Assembly (NCBI GenBank): GCA_000934665.2
Contig: KZ538564.1
Span: forward strand, 1 to 61,548
Length of the DNA: 61,548 bases
From: Catajapyx aquilonaris
Taxonomy: Eukaryota
Reading direction: 5' to 3'
The notes beneath the pieces are model-generated. The model was not told where the DNA came from, ran no database searches, and worked only from the letters and a program-made list of their open reading frames with translations. Below, piece by piece: positions 25,558 through 40,000 of this stretch. Both the position numbers and the translations under genes were made by a program. Position 1 is the stretch's first letter; every line of letters starts with the position of its first letter.

Positions 25558-28500
25558 ATATCATCCAGGATGATGGCGTGTAGTTTGTTTCCGACCTGGC
25601 GAGAAGAGTGACAACGAGAGCCACACGCACGAGAATATCAACACTGGGCTCATGTTTTCGCAGTGGACATATCGCACGCATAAATACAGGCTAAGACATC
25701 GCACCTTTTTACTGTCACTCAGTGTCCACGAGAATGATGCTTCAGGCAACCATTTTCCTGTTGTTAGTAGAGGAGTCAGCAGTACCGTAGATAACTGCTC
25801 CTGGTAGGCTACTTGTGCTGAATATTTTATCATGCTGAAAATAAGACTGTTAGAGCAGAGGCCTGTACAGTATATTGATTATCAATTATTTTTTTCCCCT
25901 AGCTATAGTATGTTGATAGCTGTGCGGTAGACTACAGCCGCGCGCAACCTACATCCATATACTTAGTATTTATAGGTCTCTTCTAGCGTGGCCAGCAATG
26001 GAAAAGGGCATTGCATTGGAAATGAATTCGTCGGAGTGGCGGAAAAAGTCCATGTCGGAGGCCAGTTCATTAAAATTTCCATGCCAGAATTGGCAGAAAT
26101 AGTCCACTTACGCCTCACATCATTCAATCGATTAATACCCGTAATATGCAAGATACATCCACTCGGCGTCCCCCAAAAAAGCCAACACATGCCAATGGCG
26201 ATGCTAATAAATGCCAATTTGGACGTGGAAAACGTACCCCGCCATCCCCCACCTCCCCTCGGAGCCAAAACGCTTCCGTCGCGCAAAATAGACTCCGCCA
26301 TCATGGCCCCGTTCGTAGGAGTTAATTGTGTTGCTGCGTCGTATTTATTAATTTAACACCGCTTTGTAGCGAGCCCACCTTTTGCAAGATCAAAACTCTT
26401 GCTTCCAAAATTAAGTTTGCATACAATTTTTCTGTCGGTTCAAAAAAAAATATGCTAACCAGCCCGCCATATTGGCCACAGTTTCCTCCCAATCTGGGAT
26501 ATATCCATGGTAATAATAACTGGGTTGGAAGCCTCTAAATACGTTTTAATGAAGCTCTAGTTAGAGAGCGGGTCCTTGCTTCTGCCAAATTAGTACCCAG
26601 ATCACAAGAGCTGGGAAAGCAAGGCTAAGATTGGTCCATGGGAGTTGGACGGGGGAGTGGGGGGGAGTGACTGAGGGGGGGAAACTGAGAAAGACTCATT
26701 ACCTTAGAACAACATCAACGCCGTCGGCACGCGAAGGCGCCTAGGGTCAAAGCAAACACTGCAAGGAGAAACTTGACCCTCAAGCACAACAATAGATCAC
26801 TGAGCTTACTTAAACTAGGAGTAATTTTACGCCTATAGCATAATTGGATTCTGGAGCCTTTAACGAGCACAGTAGGTGGCGGCACCTCCTAGTCCCTAAC
26901 AGCGTGGGTTGTGTGGACCCCGTACATTCCAACCGCCATTTTTAAGTCCCAATCACGTGGGCTGTGCGAATGACAGTTGGTGGCCCGATTAACTGGATCT
27001 CACTTGCTGATACACCCTGTATTATCTGATGGCTCCTAGTCGGGCCAAAGTGCAGATGGGGACTGAGTGTGGAAAAGTTGGGTAAACGTCGTCGCTTTAG
27101 GAGCGAATCGTGCAATCTTGATCATTTTATCTTGGACGCGAGGGTGTAACCTCCTTTCAAGAGTGGAAGCACCATAGTCGTTATAGCACGGATGAAATCC
27201 GCCATTTGGGGTGGTAGGCTTCCACTCCCAAAGTGACAAAGCTGACCTTTCAGCATTCGGAGATTAGAGCAGCTGTCAGCACCTCCATGAATATTTATCA
27301 GTGCGCAAATGAAATTTGCATTGAAACTCGATAATTCAATTCCGCAGTCTTCTTTGGCGGGAGCGATATGTGATTTTTAATGGAATTACGACCGTCAATG
27401 TGGAGGAGAAAATGCCTCGGCCCATTTCCGTTCCCTCGGCCCTGACGCGGGTCGCTAATTCCAACCCTCCCCAAAAAAAAGGGGGGGGATGGGGGAGAGG
27501 CAGGCAGGCGGAGGTGGGAAGTGGGGAGATGGAGCAGCTTAAGTCACCTGAAAAAGACGCGCGTCTATATACAAATCAGTCCCGAGCCAATAATTATCGT
27601 GTTCGACCATCAAATGACACACATGCCGCTGATGAAAATCCACACATACTCCAATTGGATCTGTGTGCACATAAACCATTCTGGCCACAATTAAATACCT
27701 TGTTGATACGCGGTCGGCGCAATTATCCCTAACTGTGCCTGTAACGAGTGTTGCTAGCCCAACTGAAATTATTGCACTGATAAGGCGCAACTATATACAC
27801 AGCATCAGGCAGAATCCTAGTGACAACAGTTGGTATATCACATTTTAAACAATCCCTTGTGATTATTACAGCACAAATATACCTAGCGTCCTATATATAG
27901 GACACTTGTACAATTCTGAGATTACTAGCTATTGTGTTCTTCATTTGCTAAGTAAAAAATTTTAATTGACAAAAAATTAATGGTAGCAATAGCCAATAGG
28001 AAAACTGACATCTCAAAAATGGGGGTTTCTCTGGATTGTTTCATACCCCCGGGGTATGAAACAATTTGGCGTATATAGTACTTGTAACAGAATAAGACCA
28101 CGCTCTTGCGTACACTTTATTTTTCCAAAACACTGAAACCGCAAGCTGTTAAAGTTGTAAATATGTCATATGGCCAGTGCTTTCTCCTCTTTCAGAACCT
28201 GGGTGCTATAACGCTCTATTTTGCCCCCCCCCCCCCTACCCCGAAAAAAAATATATGTTGCGGTTGTCGCACTAACGCTACTTGGCGCTCGTTATGGCAC
28301 AGATGTGAGAAAATTTCGACCAGATCCTATATAAATATCACTCGTACTAGAACTTTCCTCCAGAGTTTTTATTGTACGTGTGGCTTTATTTAGCAGACGT
28401 GTTAATCTCAGGACTAATATAATAGCAGAGTGATCCGCTTGTGCTGAATCCGCAGCTTACTCCACACAATCCCTGAAATACATAAATAGAGGGCCAATGC

Positions 28501-29729
28501 AACAAATGCACGTAATTAACTGCATTAATTACTTTTCGCGGTCAAATTATCCGTCCCTCTCCAATGTTATATATCCGAATTATTTCAGCAACATCAGTGC
28601 CGAGGCACCACTGATTAACTAGAAGCTTGATAAAAGCTCCCCCCCCCCTCCCTCCCTCCCAGTCTAGATAATGATCTATATGAGACTAGCAACGCTGTCG
28701 TTTTCATTGCATCGAAATAAACCCCTCTCTCATGAACGCCGGGTAGAAAAAAAGAGTATCACAGGGCGAAGGTTACACGCATGCTAATGCTTAATTGCAA
28801 AAAATTTAGCGCAGAAGGCGCGATTATGAAGGGTCTAATTCATGCAACATGGGTGACGTGTGTGATTTACGAGGTCGTGTCGGTTTAGTAAAAAATAATA
28901 GGCGAATGCAGCTCCTTTGCGGCCCGTTAAAATTAACCTTCTAGCTATAAAACTAGGAAGCTCATTTTTGCAGTGCCAAAAAAAAAGTTGCGATTTGGAA
29001 AAAAAAGAAGAAGGACAGCTTATTTTTCGGAAGGTTTTCTAAACTAATCAGCAAAACTATAGGGTTCACGCAAAAATGCGCATACGTGGTCACAAAAGTC
29101 TAATATTTTCCATCTGGCGTTTGCAGTTAGTCAAACGCGATATTTCCGTCTCCCTCGTTATATGTATATTTATGGGCCTCATTTGTTTATTCATTAGCTG
29201 GGCCTGAAGAATTTTCCTTGCCGCCATTTATCTTCGTTATGTGAAAGGAGAAAGGCCCTATAATTATCGCTCTGCACGTGCAGCTATAAAGCACACTTGC
29301 AATATTGCACAAAATCACATCGAGCTGTCTCGGTTGATGACGTATGTATTCTTCAGTTTCAAGTTTTCTTTTAATCAGACTCTGAAATATACGAGGTATT
29401 TAAATTTTTCGCATAATTAAAAAACCATTTCAACTGTTATTTTTAGTAAATGTGGAAACGTGTGTTACGTGAGCTATGAAAATGGTTCCTTTCCTTGGCA
29501 CAATACTGCTATAAATATTCAACACCAGTCTAGGATTCTGTAGTACTAACAAAACAAGCCTGCATTTAAGCAAGCATGAGAAATTAGCAGTTATGACCCA
29601 ATTTAATATTGTCGGATTTTTTTTAAACATATTTTTTTACCCCATTGGAAGAATCGGCGCTCCATTAGTGGGGTACCACAATTTTACGACTCATTTTTTT
29701 CTGAAACTTTCGCACATGGATAGGGCCAA

Positions 29730-29905
29730 GGATAGGGAAGGAAGGAAGCGGCTGTGGCCTATTATACGGAAACGACCCTGGAATTCTCCTGGGGGGACCG
29801 TGTGAAACCACAGAAAACCACGGTCAGGATCGCCGACCCCGGGAATCGAACCCAGTACCTCCCGATTAGCAGTCGGACTCCTTAACCACTACACCAACAT
29901 GCTGT
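29730..29905 (-). mobile_element. SINE family C, 5' part
   Basis: GGAAGGAAGCGGCTGTGGCCTA...CGAACCCAG...CCCGATTAGCAGTCGG, as in the other family C copies. Confidence 0.8.
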
Positions 29906-30017
29906 ATCCGAATAATAAAAATTTGGCAACACAGATCAACACTGAAGACAACCAAAACTATTTAGAAAAAAATAGAAAAAATGGAAAAATGAGAGAAAAT
30001 TAGAAATTATTACAGTA

Positions 30018-30339
30018 CTAGCTGCGGCACCCGGCGTTGCCCTGGAAGAAATAAATGAAGGGAAAACACCTGCCAGTACCCCCGTCAACTGTCTGTCTTT
30101 CTGTGTGTCCGCCCACCAATGCCATCTGTGGTCCTGCTACTCCCAACACCTTGAACCTCTCCCGCCTGTATAACGGCAACCGTCATTTGCCTGCCATCTG
30201 TAGTCAACCCCCAACGCTTCCATCCTCTCCCGGCCTGGGGGTGGAGCACAGATGGCAGGCAAATGACGGTTGGCAGGCAGACAGACAGAAAGAGAGGCAG
30301 ACAGACAGACAGACTCACAAGCGGCTTTATTTATATCGA
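30018..30339 (-). mobile_element. Non-autonomous Helitron, same family as 43390-44003
   Basis: Reverse complement shares the 5' TC...(CTGT)n region and the 3' GGCAACGCCGGG...GCAGCTAG end. Confidence 0.8.
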
Positions 30340-32972
30340 TTAGAAAATAATGATTTTTACCAATATATTAGTTGCATTTGTTCAACTAAATATTTTTATA
30401 CGAGTGAATTGTGGCCATAACATCTTACATTTAAGCTGATCTGGCCAGAAGGCAGCTAGCACAAGCCTTGATACACAGGAATCCCTTCTGTGGTATCCTC
30501 ACTAAGTCAGGCTGACCTAAGATATTTCACCGAGCATATAAAGGCTTTTGCCTACTAATTACGAGGGATTGGCTCGGATTAATCGAGAACAGGATCCAGG
30601 ATATTAATTATTACTAGGGCAGCCTACGAACCGAAACTCCGTTTCAGGTTTCAAAAGATCGCTTGAAAATAGTGAGTAGTTGTGGTTACCCCCACAGTTT
30701 TGGGCCTATAAGAAAACGTCATATGGTATAGTTTTTTTTTTTGTATGTGACCCAAAAGTAGCGACGTTACACAAAATGCGTGGGCCCCAAAAGAGGTCCC
30801 AAGCTGCCATAACTTCTGCTCTATTCCAGAACAGAAGCCATCATCAGACGGCGTATTTTGCAGCCTTCCTTACTTTTTTGACATAAATCCATTTTATTCC
30901 GGCCAGATTCAAAAAGCTTTCCAGTGTAGCCAGAGTCGTAAAAGTGCCGCACTTTTCTTTATAGTTGAATTAATGCGCAAATCCATATCCATCTCGGACA
31001 GCCTGCATCAATTTTGACACCACCCAATCGATACCACTTGCCTCACCGAGTTTGTATTAAAATAAAATGGCCGGCACTTCCCCGTATTAAAACAAAATGG
31101 CGGCCTTGTCACGGTCTTCCAGTCCTAGGGGACCACACAAATAATTTCGGCTGCCTAAATCTGAGTGACACCTAACTACACAAGTCCACACAGGACCCCC
31201 CCCCCCTCAAAAAAAAATCTACTGCAATCGCTGCCATTTATCCGTCCAATTCACACGGACTCTTCTAAATGAATTACTCTTTGCAGGCATCGGGTTAAAA
31301 AAAAGTGAGGGCCAAATTTGGACTCCCTAGGCGCCAATAGGCTTTTTAACATAATGCAACCGAAGGGGAATTAATATTTCCCCTCAGCCCTGACTGACAG
31401 TGTAAGGTCTCATGACAATACGGTTCCACTTTTCCATCGTTACCGAATAATTAATTACACCTCAGCTCGTCCAGCTGAGCACACACTGTGTTTCAAAAAA
31501 ATATATATATCACGTCCTAGATTGGGGGGAGATGAAACTTGATCAATCCATAGTGTGTCTCATAATTCGGTGTGGAATCGTTATTCTGAACTTCATTAGT
31601 GTGCAAGGTACGTACCCTACTTTTTTTTCTGTTGCAAATCACGTTTACATGTTGATAAAGCGGCTGCCATAGAACAAGTAGTCACGTTCGCCATCTGTGG
31701 ATTAAAACCGAAACGTCTTAACCGAGAGCTAAGCTGCTTAATAACGTGTGCAAAGACAATTGCAAAATAGAACCAATTTACGTGATATTGACTTTTCATC
31801 AAAATGTTCGTCCTGATAATACCTGACGCATGTCTTTGTCTCTTGATGAAAAGTTTGGTCTCTAATGTGAATTCATGTTAATATTAAGGGAGGTAATGGT
31901 ATAACCGAGGCATGGAAATTAATTAATGGCAGAAGCTCACGGGTATTTGCATATGTGCGTGTAACATGTTTTCATTGCATATTAGGGCAGCCCTGTAACT
32001 TCTGTCATAAACGCTCTCGTTATCCACGCGCCACTTATTTCGCTTTCTAATTACACGTTTACATATTCCAGAAGCAGTCATGCAGCAGCTCGTGATATTT
32101 TCTTTGCTGGGGAGGTTTCCGAGTCGAGTGTTACACGATTACCATACATGTACAATGCATGTGCTGGAGCTCCTCACTTGCGTGCTATGGGTAAGTAACT
32201 TGTGTGAATAATTAATGAGTCGTGAAATAGCTGGGTTAATAAACTTGGTCTTTTTCGAACTGCGCGAAAAAGTTGAGATGGTTATCTCCGGCAATTTGTG
32301 TCATGTAAAGTCCGATTCTGGACGTCAAACTTTTCTAGGTAATTGAGACAGTCATGCGAGTGAAACAATCACGACTTCTGGAAACGAAGCAGTAAATTGT
32401 GCTTGATCACGGGATTCTTTGGTATATTTTTGCATTTAGTTGGTAGTATTTACTGTGTCCTATTCTGATTGTGGTACCCACGTGACAATTCTCGCAGATC
32501 TGTAGCATCTACCAAAAAAAATCGGATAATCTAGAGGGCAGAAAAATTACCGCTTTGTTACCATGGTGCAAACCTTGTAGCTATGGCGGTTTCCTGTTTG
32601 CAATTTTGCATGGCCGACATTATCGTCGCTTTGCCCCTTCGAAACCTGATCACTTTACCTGGTCGAATTTCCCGCTCGCTTTTCCTGATCGAATTTCTGC
32701 GCGCTTCCCTTTGTTGCTAACCTGATCTCTCTACCTGGACAAAAACCGCGACGGATGGTCACGCCTCTCAGTTGGAGACATATAGAAAGCAACAGTAATA
32801 TATTGTTGCTGATGTTTCTTGTTGCGATATAAATCACAGGTGTTCCGACACCACAGTCCCCCACAACAATAAGGAACACGTGAAAACAAGACCAGTGTAT
32901 TGAAAGTTGCTTGAATATTTCTACGCTATCCTAGTGCTCATTTAATCTAAGATGCTATTATTATTCTCATGT

Positions 32973-33223
32973 TCCGGGATCGTACCGTAAAATAGGCCAC
33001 AGCCGCTTCCTTCCTTTCCCCGCCCTGGAGGAGGTGCGGGTCAGTGGGGGTTTCCGACTCGCATCGAGGGGGGTCATCTAGGCGACTGCACACGACCCCC
33101 AACTTGATGACATTGCACATGCACCAGTGTCCCCCCCCCCTCCTATCCCTTGTCCCTGCACAATAGTGGTAATCCACTCCCCTAAGAGAGCCCATGGCTC
33201 TAGCACGTGGTATATCTATCTAA
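32973..33223 (+). mobile_element. 5'-truncated SINE family C
   Basis: Matches 58885-59180; 16-bp TSD ATTATTATTCTCATGT. Confidence 0.85.
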
Positions 33224-33919
33224 ATTATTATTCTCATGTCTATGCCTACTATTTAAAGAATCTCATGAAATGTGCGAGTTTGCAGAGCATCAGCTTTCAT
33301 ATTAGCACAAACCGTGTCAACATGACTGATCGTCAACATCACGCGTTGTTGATACCGTCAACATCACTGCAACTCCGCGGGCTGTATTCATTGTAAACGT
33401 CACTGGATAGTTGATAGTATATCAAGAATGCGCTACGTTAATGATCTCTCTTGAAGAGTACAATCACGTCAGTCACGTTTCTCCCATTACATTTCATACT
33501 TCATAGACGACATTCAATCCAATAGTACACGCAATTATCGGTACGAATAGTAAAAAGCAACTTCAAAAATAGAGAAAAACATTATTTGAAGGGCTTCCAC
33601 CAAGAGTGGTTCAAGTGATAAAAAATAATGAAAAAAAAGTTATTATGGGGCTCAAATTCTTTTGGCCACTTTATCCTGGTCTTGAAGCAACCCTTCGCAC
33701 AGGCCCCATGGTGAGGAAGTGGGTGTGTGTGAAGGGTTGCTTCAAGACCAGGATAAAGTGACCAAAAGAATTTGAGCCCCATAGTACCATTGGCATCGTC
33801 GCGATTCCATCTTTCACATGCAATACTGGTTGTTGTGAAGAAAAATTCCTGGACGACTTGAACCACAAAGATTCATATTTGATCAAAAATGACATCACAG
33901 TATGTCCAGACAGCATATA

Positions 33920-34270
33920 CTACATAAGAGGCGCAAACTTCTGTCGGAGCCTTTGATGTTCGCGTCTTTCTGTTTGGGGCCGTTGCCAAGGCTGGCGGCC
34001 ATCTTGAAGTGTGGGGAACGCCAACGAGGTGTAAATAGGGTACAGGCAAAAATAGGGTCCGCCATCTTTGATGGTTTTGGCGGCCATGGCAACTCCACGG
34101 CAAGAACACGCGCGAATCAAAGATGGGGACCCTATTTTTGCCTGTACCAGCTCTTGCCTGTACCCTATTTATACCTCGTTGGCGTTCCCCACACTTCAAG
34201 ATGGCCGCCAGCCTTGGCAACGCCCCAAACAGAGAGACACGGACATCGAATGTTTGCGACTCTTATGTAG
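33920..34270. mobile_element. MITE with ~140-bp TIRs flanked by TATA
   Basis: TATA|CTACATAAGAGGCGCAAAC...GTTTGCGACTCTTATGTAG|TATA; long inverted arms with a short spacer. Confidence 0.8.
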
Positions 34271-36835
34271 TATAATTATTATGCTCCCTGGTATGTCATT
34301 AACTTTAAGTCCCATTTTCTCGGAAACAACATTTTGTGACTTGAACCAACTCTTGTTGGGAGCCCTTCATTTAACCATGGCACTATTGGGCTACAGCATA
34401 CTCAAGGATCAAGGACCTTCCCGACACATACTTCTCACCAGTGAAACATGTTCTACATATTGCCCTGTACAAAAATAAACGCTTAACAACATTGTTAGGT
34501 CCATCAGCAAACTTCTGCTGGCGACAGTACATCAACTTCACAAGTATCCTAAATAACATCCGGAGGCTTATGAGTTATAAACCGCCCTGCAGTACAGTGC
34601 ACCCTGCTGCGAGGCCTTCGGGCATTTATTAAAATAACAGGTAGCTCAATATTATCCTACAGGCTCATATTTCATGTATTCATTGATTGCACTGATTGGG
34701 TGGTGGGAGGGAAACATAGAGCATGAACATGCATTGCAGAAAAGTATTGGAAAAACGTCGATGGCAACACAGGTGAACGACCGGCATGAAATTTGCATCC
34801 CAAAGTCTCCTCCCTTGCCACCTCCCCCTTTCGAAATATTCCGAGGCCGTGCCAATAACCATCAAAACGCGGCAGAGACATTTCCATTAGGTGATGGTGA
34901 TGAAGAACCACACTGGGGAATTGGCCCGTGTCACCTGCGCTACCCTCTCGTCAATCAAGCGACGCCCGAAAGCGACGCCACCTCCGCCATCACCCAACCA
35001 ACCGCCATCTTTGCTCCATTAAAAAGCCCGACTCCGAAAGGAAATGAAGTACAGCTGCTCCCCCCGCGGCCATCTTGGGACATCAGGTTTTGGGTGCCAT
35101 TAGATTTCTTGAAGTTAAGCAAAGGAAGAGGTCTCTCACTTCCTCTGTCACTTTAGTCATATTGATTCAGTTTACCTGCCTCCAGTATTCGAAACGGTTT
35201 CTGATTGGGATTCTTATACAGGGTCCCTTCCCGGAAATTACACCTTTTGGAAATTAGGGGGGGACATCACAATGGTGCTTAATTAGACGCCGAGGATTCA
35301 TTATGACTCTGTCTGTCGTTATAATTTCGAATACAGGACATGAATGAGAGTTATGAACCTGGTATTCAAATGTGGGGGAATATTAGTACACTATTAACTA
35401 CATAAAAACAGGAGATGCAATGAGACAGAGTGGATAATGACATTATTTCTAATGAAGTGTCGCATCTGTTGGTTATTGTTAGACGGATTATCACGGATTA
35501 TCCTGGAATGTAAAGCTAGAAATAAATAAAATTCGATTGGGGGGCGCTTACACCGCACTAACTAAGAGTTAAACCAGCTGGGTTAAACGAATTGCCTCAA
35601 AGAATTAGTTTGGGTAGTTGGGTTGAATTTTCGGAATTACGATTTTGTGCAGTGTATGTCACAAGAACGTACAAGTATGTTGTGTCGACCAGAAAAAAAA
35701 AAAATGTAATTTAACCCACCACGCGTGTAACTCGTATAACCAAAATTTTCCAGTAACATATTTGAATATAATGGTTTTAGGACTTGACTCCATGAAATAA
35801 TAAGTTCTTTTTATTTTAAATACAGTAGTAACAAAAGAGCTACAGCCCGAAATGTGATATCTGGTTCCGAATGAATGAATGGGACTGATTTCAATGGAAT
35901 AACGATTTCCCTGGTATATACTGTACCACGCATCAGTGATGCATCATTTTGTCATAGCCGTGCTCAAATGACGCCTGAATTAGGACACACAACCACATTA
36001 CCGCTTATGACGCCATGACATACAACTATACCGTTTAGGTAACTACAGTACAACAATTTTTTTATATTATTATGATCACCCAATGGCATGTTCGCCAAGC
36101 ACAGTCCGAGAAACGTGTGCTTTTATATCACTTGTCAGTATGCAGGTCGGTAGGCCTACTCAGTACGCCAAATTAATTTCATTATATTACAATTATTATT
36201 TTTAAATTTAATGTACCCCATAATGGGCCAACAAAACATATTATGAAGCTCGGCTCCAAAAAAAAAATCACGCGAATAATGGCCGCCATTGTTGGCAGCA
36301 TTTTCAAGGTATAATTAGCAAGTGAAGACCTAAATGACCCACCTTACTAAAATGATCTGCGACGGGTGCCTTCTGCAATGGTAGGTGTTTGGACGTCCCT
36401 CCGAATGGTTAATTACTACTCCCTACTCCGATGTAATTGGCCATGATTAGCCGAAAATTAATCCCGAACATTAAATTCTGAACGGTTAATTTCTGGAGCC
36501 GTCGACTGGTTTTTGGGGCGTTTAATTGTCAGTTGAGCGTTAATTATTATTCTAATGGTCCTACGCTTCATGAAGCTTCCCTTTGAAGATTATGCGAACG
36601 AGCATAAATTCGTACCAAGCTCGCATTAAAAATATATGTAACCGGATGATCCTGGGGGAATGTGACTAACTAGTATGTTGGAACAAGTTAATTGTATCAA
36701 CAGTTCGCATTTTACCGGACGCAATATGTATTCGTGTACTGAACTGCGAGACCCATGCAGAAATTATTAAAGCTGCCGTTTTAAAAACGAATACGAGGAA
36801 AATCAGCAAGTATGTGTTGACATCATGCGACAGAT

Positions 36836-37012
36836 GGGACGGAAGGAAGCGGCTGTGGCCTATAATTACGGACACGACCCCGGAATTTTCCTGGTGAGAC
36901 CATGGGAAACCACAGAAAACCACGGTCAGGGTCGGTGGCCATCGGGATTCGAACCCAGGACCTCCCGATTAGCAGTCGGATACCATATCCCCTCCGCTAC
37001 CACTGCTTCGGT
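36836..37012 (-). mobile_element. SINE family C, 5' part
   Basis: Reverse complement of the 58752-58920 head and central domain. Confidence 0.8.
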
Positions 37013-40000
37013 GAAAAATAAGATTTATAAAGTTGTGAAAAGAGGAAACGACAAAAGTCACACCAAACCGCTAATTGCTGTTGATACCGCGCGACTTTAA
37101 CGACAAAATTGATATACGGTATAGGTTAAATAAAGGCTTGCTTTCGTGAGGGTTTATTGCATGATACGAGCCACAAAAGGTTAACAGGTATTGTTCAACT
37201 CGCACACTTAAACCCATCACAGAATAAATAACACTGTACACTGAAGCGTATCTATAAGATGACGATTCTCTATCCATCTATAGTCGTCACTATCCCCAAG
37301 GCAATCGCCCCTCCAAAAAAAGAAGAAAAAACAGGCCCTGATGATGACAGGCCAGGCAATAAAATCGCACTCATCCCTTCCTGCCGGTGACCAATTCAGA
37401 CCGAAACGAAATCAGAATTCGCTTCTGACCCCAAGGGAAATTTGTAAAGATGAACCCCTTTTCTTGTTGGTGACGCCCGGCCAGCTACGGCAGGAAAGGT
37501 CGAGCGATTGACCGGGAACAAGCAGGCCCAGATCCTACCCATAAAGTCACGACAGGAACTTTCTCGCTCTTCGAATTCGAAAGGGAGGAAGGTGGTAGTC
37601 GAGAGGAAGGTGGTGGTAGGGAGGAAGGTGGAGGTGGGGTAGTTCAAGGCTTTAGGTCTGGCTTTTCCGAGGCGTTGTTCCCAGAGTGTTTCGACCTAAT
37701 AAATCTTAAAGTAGCCCAGGTGCAATTGCACCAGTCTGACTCATTTATCTTGGCTCTCTTCCTACTCAAGTTTCTCCCTCAAGTCCTTTCCGGTAGTTTA
37801 GACGTCTGTATATTGAGACACTTTGGATCTAAGTCATTATTAATAGCTGGGGCCTCCCTGGGATTCAGCTTTGAAAATGCATAACAACTACGTTTCTAAG
37901 GATTATGTGCTGGTTATCAAAAGTTCTGTTGCGATTGCAGCAATAGTTCTAAGTAGTGAGAATGCAAGCTGTTACGATTGGTCGTGAGGGCGAGTTATAC
38001 TAGTAAGCATCTGGCGGGCTGAATTGAAGAATCTCCGCCAGCTGGCAGCACGGTGAAGCGTCAGCAAAGAATGTCTGCCAAACATACAATATATTGGCTG
38101 TAACTCCACGTTGGGGTGTGCTGATGGAATATGTTCTTGTGACACTGACATAAAACTGAAATTATACAGATGTAATACTGTATAATTATTTTACAGATTG
38201 CCAGCTGTTTATTTTTGACAATGTGTCACTAGACTAGTCACCTTGTAGGCCTACATGGTGTTCTATTTGGGCAGCACATGGTGAGGGAGATCAAAATAGC
38301 ACAGTATATCAGGTTCCTGTTGCAGTACAGTATGAATAAAATAATGCCAACAATTTAGAACATCATTACTCTGTTATGTATAGAGGCCAACAAAAGTTCA
38401 CTTTTTTCAGAATTGCGTACATTATCTCGGTACGTATATTATTCAGTTTTATGTCAGTATTATACAAGGCCATATTCCATCAGCACAAGCCTACGTGGAG
38501 CTGTAGCCAATTGTACAGTATGTTGGGCCGGACTTTTCATTTTCATTGCCAGATGCGTCCAATAATGCACGCCAGGCAAAAAGGCAAAGAATATAGAGAA
38601 TGGTAGTCATACTGTGCTTTTAAAATATGGACGATTATAAGCCATCAGTATTGGGTTCACTGTCTTATTGTTACATGTATCGGCAGGTATATACGATATT
38701 TAATCAGATGTGAGATCATCTGCAGTTTTATTGGCACGTTAAACGGAAATGGTAAAAATGACAAATCCAGCTGACGCTTTTAAACATTCCAATATCAATG
38801 TCAACATCGTCGCCAGCTCTCAATAATTGAGTGCGTGGGCGCATATGTTTGTTTACATCGATTCAAACCCGTCAACCACAGTTGTGAGTGAAATAGTGTT
38901 ATCTCCGTATACAGCCACGGGCTAATGACGACTGATATGAAATAGCTCCGCGCTGTTTGTAATTACCCATCATAGAGAAACTTTTGGGCAATAGCAATTT
39001 GGACGGAAGCTTTGCATTGGTATAGAAAGCATATAAACGTGCATGTAACACCGGTTTCTGTTTATAGCACCTAATAATGATGATGATTATCTTGAATTAA
39101 TCAGTACTATGATACCAATTAATGCTTACATTAATACTACCTGTCAGATGTCAATCAATTTTGACCGAGCATGTATTCATTAACTCAGTGCTATGTAGAG
39201 CACTCCCGAGTTTTTATAGACGCATTTCGAGCAATCTCCAATATCACAGTAGTACACCTAAACGTTAATTTTTTTTACGAACCGACCCATTCGACGCCAG
39301 AGGGGAAAAAATCCGCTCGTAAACCATCAGTATTGCCATTGAAAATTTTATAAACTTCCGAAGCCATACTACTTTCTCACCCCCGCGCTTTTCCAAGCAT
39401 CTTCCGAATCCTCAAAATTGATGGCATGACCCGCTAAATTATTCAGAGTTTGATAGCGACATGAGAAGGCGCGAAGAAGATAGCCTGGAAATGGCGAATG
39501 TCGTTGAAACTTGGCTTGGAAGAAGGCACTCTTATGAGCTGAGCGACTGCCAAAACTGAGCAGGCCAACTCATAAAAGCTATGTGTGAAAGGTCTGCATT
39601 TTGCAGGCCTCTGCTCTGGTTGGATGTGGAGCAGTATGTAAGGATTACGACTCCACAGATGGCGCCATCACTATTCGCGCCGTGATATAGTGGGAGGCCA
39701 TGTTGGGACTCGTACGTATATACCTCAGTTTTGTACAGAAAATTTTAATCAGATGTTGATTTTATCTTTACAAGCAGTTTCAGTTGGGTATCCATTTTTG
39801 TCAAATATTTTCAAAATCAGCATTGGTTATAGGAATCAGTCTGATCAGTGGGATTTAGATAGAAATGAATCGGTTTCTAGAGAATGATCAATCACTTTCG
39901 AAGGAGACAATGACCCGCTGATTCCTTCCGAATAATCTACTGGGGAATCTCGTCCGATGGCCTCAACTTCTATCTCCAAACTTGTCGCCCACTGAAATGA

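Noticed and set aside
35504..35515. Match to the miR-1 5' end (TGGAATGTAAAG)
   Set aside because: The rest of the mature sequence and a pairing arm are absent.
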